A DNA stretch of 64,000 nt from Corallococcus sp. NCRR (lineage in GTDB: Bacteria; Myxococcota; Myxococcia; Myxococcales; Myxococcaceae), in NCBI RefSeq assembly GCF_026965535.1, contig NZ_CP114039.1, forward strand, positions 7,971,461 to 8,035,460, in the 5' to 3' direction. The notes under the pieces are model-generated. The model saw only the letters and a list, made by a program, of their open reading frames with translations. It searched no databases and had not been told where the DNA came from. Both the position numbers and the translations under genes were made by a program. Within the stretch, counting starts at the first letter, position 1; every line of letters starts with the position of its first letter. Positions 58,141 to 64,000 of this stretch are shown here, piece by piece.

Positions 58141-59199
58141 TCATGTTGCGTGAACGGCGCCTCGCTGGCCGCCCTCCTCCTTGTGTGACACGACGCGTTC
58201 GGCGAGCCGGACGGCGGACAGGGGGGCGCTGCCTTCCGCCTTGTTGTTGATGGTCACGAAGACGGGGCGGTCGCGCCGCACCGCGGCCATGCACACGCGG
58301 GCCAGCACGTCGCGGGTGCCCATGTCCTCGTCCACCAGCCGGTTGAAGGGCGCGTAGCGGGCGTAGGCCTCCTCGTAGCCCAGGTTCGGCGGCAGCATCC
58401 AGCGCACCACCACGGCGCGGGCCTCGAAGGCGCGCGTGAGCTTCGCCTGCCGCGCGACGGGCGGCATGTGGGCCCACACCGCGAGCACCGGGCTCACGCC
58501 CGTGTCCGCGAGCGCCTGGGCGAAGCCTTCCGTGAGCAGCTCCTCGTTGCGCACCTCCACCGCGTACAGCGGCCCTTTGGGCAGCGCCGAGAAGAACGCG
58601 TGCAGCCGCTCCACGAAGCGGCCCGCGCCGCCGAGCGCCGCGGGGTCCTGCGGCGGGAACTGGAAGACGAGCGGCCCGGCCTTGTCGCCGAGCCCCTCCA
58701 GGAAGGGCGCCACCACGTGGTCCACGGCGTAGGCCGCCTGGAGGAAGCGGTCATTCACCTGCCCCCGGTGCGCGCCGTACCGCTCGTGCACGGGAAAGCG
58801 CGCCAGCGTGCAGGCCTCGTGCGCCTTCACCAGGAAGCGGAAGCCGTCCGGCACCTGCTGGGCGTACTCGGCGAAGGTGGTGGCCGGCACCGGCGCGTAG
58901 AAGGTCCGGTCGATGCCCACCGTGCGCAGCACCGGGTGGTGCGCGTAGGCGGCCAGGCCCTCGCGCGCCAGCTGGGTCGTGCTGGCTTCATGGTCGTAGA
59001 CGAGCCCGTTCCACCCCGGGAAGGTCCACGACGACGTGCCCAGGTAGACGCCGCGTGGGAGCTGCTCGCCCAGCAGGCGCAGGCTGTCGGAGGGTTCGGC
59101 GGGCCCCACCGGCTGGGTCCTGCGCCGCGATGACGCCGGGGGCTCCTCCACCGCGCCGGTGAAGAGGTCGAACTGCGCGGGTCGTCGCGGTGCGCTCAT
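58141..59199 (-). CDS. DUF72 (UPF0759) family protein
   Basis: DUF72 signature …DRTFYAPVPATTFAEYAQQVPDGFRFLVKAH…PLVFQFPP…. Confidence 0.7.
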   Translation of the reverse strand: MSAPRRPAQFDLFTGAVEEPPASSRRRTQPVGPAEPSDSLRLLGEQLPRGVYLGTSSWTFPGWNGLVYDHEASTTQLAREGLAAYAHHPVLRTVGIDRTFYAPVPATTFAEYAQQVPDGFRFLVKAHEACTLARFPVHERYGAHRGQVNDRFLQAAYAVDHVVAPFLEGLGDKAGPLVFQFPPQDPAALGGAGRFVERLHAFFSALPKGPLYAVEVRNEELLTEGFAQALADTGVSPVLAVWAHMPPVARQAKLTRAFEARAVVVRWMLPPNLGYEEAYARYAPFNRLVDEDMGTRDVLARVCMAAVRRDRPVFVTINNKAEGSAPLSAVRLAERVVSHKEEGGQRGAVHAT

Positions 59200-59372
59200 G
59201 CGTGCAGCTCCTCTCCCACGGAGGGGACGGCGGGGAAGCCCTGGGAGTAATCCCCAGGCCCAGGCGATGCAGCAGGTTGCCCCGATTCAGGGAGACGTTC
59301 CAGGTTTCCGGCACGCCCCCCAGGCGGGCGGCCACGCACGGACAGTCCTCTGCCCATCACCACGGTATGTGA

Positions 59373-59388
59373 TTGGACCTCTGTCCAA
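59373..59388. promoter_or_regulatory. Palindromic operator TTGGAC-CTCT-GTCCAA upstream of the PAS-LuxR regulator gene
   Basis: A perfect 6+6 inverted repeat with a 4-nt spacer, 77 nt upstream of the PAS-LuxR start. An identically spaced copy lies upstream of cheA (60554-60569). Confidence 0.5.
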
Positions 59389-59464
59389 ATGCAAACGCAG
59401 TCGCCTCGCGGTAAGCTATTCAAACCGAGGAATTCAGCACTACCCGTGTAAAGCTTGAGCGGGG

Positions 59465-60409
59465 TTGCAACGGCCGGGGGGCCTCATGGACTGGTCGTTG
59501 ACCGCATCGCTGCTCGCGGAGCGGGACACACGTCCCATCGTCGTGATGGACCGGCGCGGCCGTATCGAGCTGGCGAACGGCGCGTTCACGTCGCTGCTGG
59601 GCCGGCCCCGTGAGGAGTTGTTGGGGCGCCGCTGGACGGATGTCTGCACGCCCCTCGAGCATGGGCGCGAGGTGGGACAGGCGCTGCGGGCCATCTTCAC
59701 CAGCGCCGAGACCCGGCTGGAGACGGAGGTGCTCACGCGCGATGGCGAGCGGCTGTCGGTGGAGCTGGACGTGGCCGCCGTGGGCCGCCCTCCCCTTCGG
59801 CTGGTGGCCATTGTCACCCGCGCCTCCGCGCCCCGCTCCGTCCCCGAGCGCACCGCCGCCCCGGAGGCGGTCCGGGCCCAGGGGTCCCACCGGGACCTGA
59901 GCTACGAAATCTCCACCGAGCTGTCGTCGTTCGGGACGCTCAAGGCGGTGTGGACGTCCGGAGAGGCGCGGCAGGAGGAGATGGTGGGCCGGCATTGCTT
60001 CGGCGCCTTCGCGCACCGCGACGCGCCCTGTCTGGACTGCCCGTTGACGGCGGCGGCGCCGGCCTCCTGGCCGCACACCATCGTGCGGCAGGCCTCCGAG
60101 CTCGCCGAGGGCTACGAGGTCGTCACCGCCACGCCCACGGGCGCCGGCACCGCGCGCATCAGCGTGCACACCATCGGGGATGAGACCCTCAGCGGCCTCT
60201 TCGAGGCGAAGGTGCGGCGCATGGCCCACGCCGCGCGGCTGTCCGAACGGGAAGGCGATGTGTTGCGATATCTCGCGCTCGGCCGCTCCCCCACCGACAT
60301 CTCGACCGTGTTAGGGATTACCGAGCGCACGGTGAAATTCCACCAGGCCAACCTGCTCCGGAAGCTGGGAGCGGAGACGCGCTACGACCTGCTCCGCCTG
60401 TTCTTCTGA
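59465..60409 (+). CDS. PAS-domain LuxR-family transcription regulator
   Basis: N-terminal PAS (…IVVMDRRGRIELANGAFTSLLGRPREELLGRRWTDV…) and a C-terminal LuxR/GerE HTH (EGDVLRYLALGRSPTDISTVLGITERTVKFHQANLLRKLG). Confidence 0.75.
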   Translation: MQRPGGLMDWSLTASLLAERDTRPIVVMDRRGRIELANGAFTSLLGRPREELLGRRWTDVCTPLEHGREVGQALRAIFTSAETRLETEVLTRDGERLSVELDVAAVGRPPLRLVAIVTRASAPRSVPERTAAPEAVRAQGSHRDLSYEISTELSSFGTLKAVWTSGEARQEEMVGRHCFGAFAHRDAPCLDCPLTAAAPASWPHTIVRQASELAEGYEVVTATPTGAGTARISVHTIGDETLSGLFEAKVRRMAHAARLSEREGDVLRYLALGRSPTDISTVLGITERTVKFHQANLLRKLGAETRYDLLRLFF

Positions 60410-60553
60410 CCAGGGCACCTTCCCTCCGGGACAGCTTTCAGGCCGTTGACGTTGGAGGATGCTGGGCCTTCGACTCCGGAGTCTTGTGGGTCGGGGGGGC
60501 CGTTGCCCATGGGCAGCGCCGGTCAATTCCGTCTCATCAAACACATACAGTCC

Positions 60554-60569
60554 GTTTGGACTTTTGTCC
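60554..60569. promoter_or_regulatory. Palindromic operator TTGGAC-TTTT-GTCCAA upstream of cheA
   Basis: Same half-sites and spacing as the site at 59373-59388, 46 nt upstream of the cheA ATG (60615). A second perfect palindrome TGCCCATGGGCA lies at 60504-60515. Confidence 0.5.
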
Positions 60570-60614
60570 AAGGGCGTCCTGTCCGTGGGTGACACTCCGG
60601 GCTGGGACGACGTG

Positions 60615-62753
60615 ATGCGGGAGTTCCTGCTCGAGTCCCGCGAGCATGTGCAGAGCATTGAAGCGACGGTGCTGGAGCTGGAGGCGCAGCCGGGCTCGCA
60701 GCCGTTGCTGGCGCAGCTGTTCCGGGCTTTGCACACCGTGAAGGGCACCTGCGGCTTCCTGGGCTTCAGCCGCCTGGAGGCGCTGATGCACGCCGCCGAG
60801 GAGATGCTCGGCCTGGCGCGCGACCGGCGCCTGGTGCTGGACCGCGAGCGCGTGTCCACGCTGCTGGCAGCGGCGGACGCGGCGCGAGGGACGCTGGAGC
60901 ACATCGAGGCGACGGGGCTGGAGCCCGCGGTGGACCACTCGGCGCTGCTCGCGCGCATGGCGGGCGCGGCGGCGGGCGTGGCGCCACAGGAGGTGCACGA
61001 GCCCCTGACGCCTCCGGGCGCCCTGCCCTGGCGCGGCGCCGCGACCGGGGTGGACTCGAAGCTGCGCGTGGACGTGGCGCTGCTGGACCGGTTGATGAAC
61101 CTGATGGGCGAGCTGGTGCTGGCGCGCAACCGCATCCTCCAGTGCGCGGCCTCGCCCACGCCGGGCGCGGACCTGACGACCGCGTCGCAGAGGTTGGACG
61201 TCGTCACCACGCAGGTGCAGCAGGTGGTGATGAAGACGCGGCTCCAGCCCGTGGGCCAGGTGTGGAACCGCTTCCCCCGGCTGGTGCGGGAGCTGGCGCA
61301 CGGGTGCGGCAAGCAGGTGCGGCTGCGGTTGCAGGGCGCGGACACGGAGCTGGACAAGACGCTGGTGGAGGCGCTGCACGATCCGCTCACCCACCTCTTG
61401 CGCAACGCCGTGGACCACGGCGTGGAGACGCCCGAGCAGCGCCGCGCCGCGGGCAAGCCGCCCGTGGGGTGCCTGACGCTGAGCGCGTCGCATGAGGGCG
61501 GGCTCGTGCACCTGGGCATGTCCGACGATGGCGCGGGCATCGACGTGGAGCGCGTGCGGCAGGTCGCGGTGCAGCGGGGCCTGCTCACGGCCGACCAGGC
61601 GGCGCGGCTGCCGGACGCGGACGCGCGGATGCTCATCTTCATGCCGGGCTTCAGCACCGCGGAGCGCGTCACGTCGCTGTCCGGCCGGGGCGTGGGCATG
61701 GACGTGGTGCGCTCGCAGGTGGAGCGCATTGGCGGCACCGTGGAGGTGCACAGCCGGCCCGGCCAGGGCACGACGTTCACCCTGAAGATCCCCCTCACGC
61801 TGGCCATCATCCCGGCGCTGCTCGTGACCTGCCGGGGCGACCGCTACGCGCTGCCGCAGGCCTCTCTTCGGGAGGTGGTGTTCCTGGAGCCGGCCCAGGC
61901 GCGCAAGGACATCACCCGCATCCAGGGCGCGTGCGTCCTGCGGCTGCGAGGGGAGCTGCTGCCGCTGGTGGTGCTCGCCGCCGAGCTGGGCGTGGGGCCG
62001 GCGATGCCGGACCTGGACGAGGGCGCCACCGTCGTCGTGTTGCAAGCCGGCGAGCGCACCTTCGGGCTTTGGGTGGACGCCATCCACGACACGGAGGAGA
62101 TCGTCGTCAAGCCGCTGTGGAAGCACCTGAAGGGGCTGGCCTGCTACGCGGGGGCGACGGTGCTGGGCGACGGGCGCGTGGCGCTCATCCTGGACGCCAT
62201 GGGCCTGGGCCGCCGCGTGGGCACCGTCACCGAGGCGCAGGCCCCGGTCGTCATCCCGGAGGCCGCTCCGGAGCTGCCTGCCCCGGAAGAGCCGCGCGAG
62301 CGCGTGCTGCTGTGCCGCACGGGCGCGGAGGGCCGCGTGGCCATTCCCCTGTCTCGCGTGGCCCGGCTGGAGGAGCTGCCCGCGTCGGACGTGGAGCGGC
62401 TGAGCGGCGGCATGGAGATGGCGCGCTACCACGGGCAGCTGCTGCCGCTGGTGCGCGTGGCCTCCGTGCTGGAGGCGAGGCCCGGCGCGACGGAGCGGAT
62501 GGCGCGGAACCTTCATGTCGCCCTGGGCGAGTCGCTGTCCGTCGTCGTCACCCAGCACGCGGACACGCGCGTGGGGCTGGTGGTGGACGCCATCCTCGAC
62601 GTCGCGGAGGTGGAGCTCGCGCTCCAGCGGGAGACGCGCCGTCCGGGCGTGCTGGGCTCCATGGTGGTGCAGGCCCGGGCCACCGAGTTCCTGGACGTGG
62701 AGGGCACCGTGCGCGCCGTGCACCCGGAGCTGCTGACAGGCGGTGCGCCATGA
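60615..62753 (+). CDS. cheA: CheA histidine kinase with two C-terminal CheW-like domains and no receiver
   Basis: Hpt domain (…LFRALHTVKGTCGFLGFSRLEALMHAAEEML…), dimerisation domain, HATPase_c (…DDGAGIDVERV…GRGVGMDVV…), then two consecutive CheW-like domains. The start is ATG 60615. Upstream ORF sequence is non-coding. Confidence 0.8.
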   Translation: MREFLLESREHVQSIEATVLELEAQPGSQPLLAQLFRALHTVKGTCGFLGFSRLEALMHAAEEMLGLARDRRLVLDRERVSTLLAAADAARGTLEHIEATGLEPAVDHSALLARMAGAAAGVAPQEVHEPLTPPGALPWRGAATGVDSKLRVDVALLDRLMNLMGELVLARNRILQCAASPTPGADLTTASQRLDVVTTQVQQVVMKTRLQPVGQVWNRFPRLVRELAHGCGKQVRLRLQGADTELDKTLVEALHDPLTHLLRNAVDHGVETPEQRRAAGKPPVGCLTLSASHEGGLVHLGMSDDGAGIDVERVRQVAVQRGLLTADQAARLPDADARMLIFMPGFSTAERVTSLSGRGVGMDVVRSQVERIGGTVEVHSRPGQGTTFTLKIPLTLAIIPALLVTCRGDRYALPQASLREVVFLEPAQARKDITRIQGACVLRLRGELLPLVVLAAELGVGPAMPDLDEGATVVVLQAGERTFGLWVDAIHDTEEIVVKPLWKHLKGLACYAGATVLGDGRVALILDAMGLGRRVGTVTEAQAPVVIPEAAPELPAPEEPRERVLLCRTGAEGRVAIPLSRVARLEELPASDVERLSGGMEMARYHGQLLPLVRVASVLEARPGATERMARNLHVALGESLSVVVTQHADTRVGLVVDAILDVAEVELALQRETRRPGVLGSMVVQARATEFLDVEGTVRAVHPELLTGGAP

Positions 62754-63238
62754 GCGGCTTCCGCCAGCTGTGCTCGTTCCAGGTGGGCGACCACCTGTTC
62801 GGCCTGGACATCGAGCGGGTGCAGGAAATCCTGCTGCCGCCCCCGCTCACGCGCGTCCCTGGCGCTCCCTCGGAGGTGGCGGGGCTGCTCAACCTGCGCG
62901 GGCAGATCGTCCCCGCCATCGACCTGCGCCGCCGCCTGGACCTGCCTGAAGGCACCGCCCCCGCGGACGCGCCCCACGTCGTCCTGCGCGGCGACGACGG
63001 CGCGGTGAGCCTTCGCGTGGACGCCATTGGCGACATCCTCCCCTTCGAGAAGTCGGACCTGGCGCCGCTGCCGGACAACCTGCGCGGGCCGCTGCGCTCG
63101 CTGCTGTTGGGTGTCCATGCGCTGCCGGACCGGCTGCTGCTCGTGTTGTCCGCGGACGCGGTGGTGGACGGCCTCTCGCCCGCGTCCAGCGCTCCCGCCT
63201 CCCCTTCCTTCCCCGTGCTTCCCCAGGAGTCCCGCTGA
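62750..63238 (+). CDS. cheW: CheW adaptor protein
   Basis: CheW domain (…FQVGDHLFGLDIERVQEILLPPPLTRVPGAPSEVAGLLNLRGQIVPAIDLRRRL…). ATGA overlap with the cheA stop. Confidence 0.8.
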   Translation: MSGFRQLCSFQVGDHLFGLDIERVQEILLPPPLTRVPGAPSEVAGLLNLRGQIVPAIDLRRRLDLPEGTAPADAPHVVLRGDDGAVSLRVDAIGDILPFEKSDLAPLPDNLRGPLRSLLLGVHALPDRLLLVLSADAVVDGLSPASSAPASPSFPVLPQESR

Positions 63239-64000
63239 TGGCCCGCCCGACCGCGCCCGCCGTGAAAACCACCCCCTTCCAGCGCCTGGGCGGCAAGGCC
63301 CCCCTGACGGCCGCCGTGCAGAAGCTCTACGCGCGGGTGATGACGGACGCGCTGCTCAAGCCCCACTTCCGCGGCGTGGACATGGTCGAGCTGCAGCGCC
63401 AGATGGTCGCGTTCCTCACCCGCTTCCTGAGAGGGCCGGGCATCTACAAGGGCCCGTCGATGCGCGACGTGCACGCGGGCATGGAGCTCAAGCCCCATCA
63501 CTTCGGGCGCGTCGTTGAACACCTGGCCAGCGTGCTGGATGAGCTGGACGTGCCGGGCCCTGTCGCTCGCGAGGTGCTGGCCGCCATGGGCACGTCGCGG
63601 GACGACAGCGTGGCGAAGGCCGCCTCCCGGACCACCGCTGTGAAGCGCGCTCCGGCGCGTGCCTCCCGCACGGAGGGACGCCGGGTCGCCGCGGCGTCCG
63701 CGCCCGCTGCCCGGTCCTCCCGCCGCGCGCCCACGCCGCTCGGTGGGGCCCTGAACGAGGCGGTGCTGGACGCGGCGCGGGTCAACCTGTTCGTGCTGGA
63801 CGCGGACCTGGCCATCGTCTTCTCGAACGCGGCCTCCTCGGAGGCCATCGAGCGCATCGGGCAGACGGCCGCCTTCCGCGACGGCTCGGGGGACGTGGGG
63901 AGCGACTTCCTCGCCCACTTCGAGCATCAGCTGCGGCTGGAGGAGGAGCGGCTGAGCGACCCGGCGTCGCTGCCGCACGAGGCCCACTTCGCGGTGGGCC
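63238..64000 (+). CDS. Globin-domain (truncated-hemoglobin-like) sensor protein, 3'-truncated by the window edge
   Basis: ATG 63238 overlaps the cheW stop (TGATG). N-terminal bacterial-globin signature (…FQRLGGKAPLTAAVQKLYARVMTDALLKPHFRGVDMVELQRQMVAFLT…MRDVHAGMELKPHHFGRVVEHL…). A second PAS-like segment follows (…VNLFVLDADLAIVFSNAASSEAIERIG…). The ORF is not in the supplied track because it has no stop within the window. Confidence 0.6.
   Translation, partial: MARPTAPAVKTTPFQRLGGKAPLTAAVQKLYARVMTDALLKPHFRGVDMVELQRQMVAFLTRFLRGPGIYKGPSMRDVHAGMELKPHHFGRVVEHLASVLDELDVPGPVAREVLAAMGTSRDDSVAKAASRTTAVKRAPARASRTEGRRVAAASAPAARSSRRAPTPLGGALNEAVLDAARVNLFVLDADLAIVFSNAASSEAIERIGQTAAFRDGSGDVGSDFLAHFEHQLRLEEERLSDPASLPHEAHFAVG

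Overview
This window looks like a high-GC (~70%) chromosomal segment of a myxobacterium, closest to Myxococcus xanthus. Coding is dense on both strands with many 4-nt start/stop overlaps. There is no CRISPR array, IS element, transposase or integrase.

Genes in order (coordinates in features):
- O-antigen/polysaccharide ABC-export module: family-2 glycosyltransferase (GT2, partial), wzt with a C-terminal carbohydrate-binding domain, and wzm.
- Two identical tandem tRNA-Gly(GCC) genes.
- pgsA, a TPR/AIM24-like protein, an SLT lytic transglycosylase, then nadB-rhomboid-LOG.
- Bactofilin operon bacN-bacO-bacP followed by the ParB-like gene padC, with pyrE and a lipoprotein gene downstream.
- An alpha/beta hydrolase, a TPR protein and a hybrid histidine kinase.
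- tlyA, then a conserved xseA-xseB-(CheY-like receiver)-ispA-dxs block.
- A 14-gene cluster for a Tad-like secretion/pilus machine (26.6-42.2 kb, minus strand). It contains two FHA-domain bitopic proteins, TadC, TadB, CpaB, a Flp-type pilin, an ECF sigma/anti-sigma pair, a DUF2085 protein, two permease-less OppD/OppF-like ATPases, two type II secretion ATPase N-terminal-domain (T2SSE_N, MshEN-like) proteins and a lipoprotein. The gene order matches what I recall of the M. xanthus Kil predation apparatus, cluster 2. Divergent exbB/exbD genes follow.
- A beta-oxidation-like operon (DapB-like oxidoreductase, two hotdog hydratases, acyl-CoA dehydrogenase).
- An HD-GYP response regulator, a HEAT-repeat/cyclophilin lipoprotein, a zinc-ribbon membrane protein with MoxR and DUF58, a RapA-like SNF2 ATPase, Smr and DUF72 genes.
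- A PAS-LuxR regulator followed by cheA (two CheW-like domains), cheW and a globin-domain gene cut off at the window end.

Most interesting non-coding signal: the same TTGGAC-N4-GTCCAA palindrome lies upstream of both the PAS-LuxR gene and cheA.
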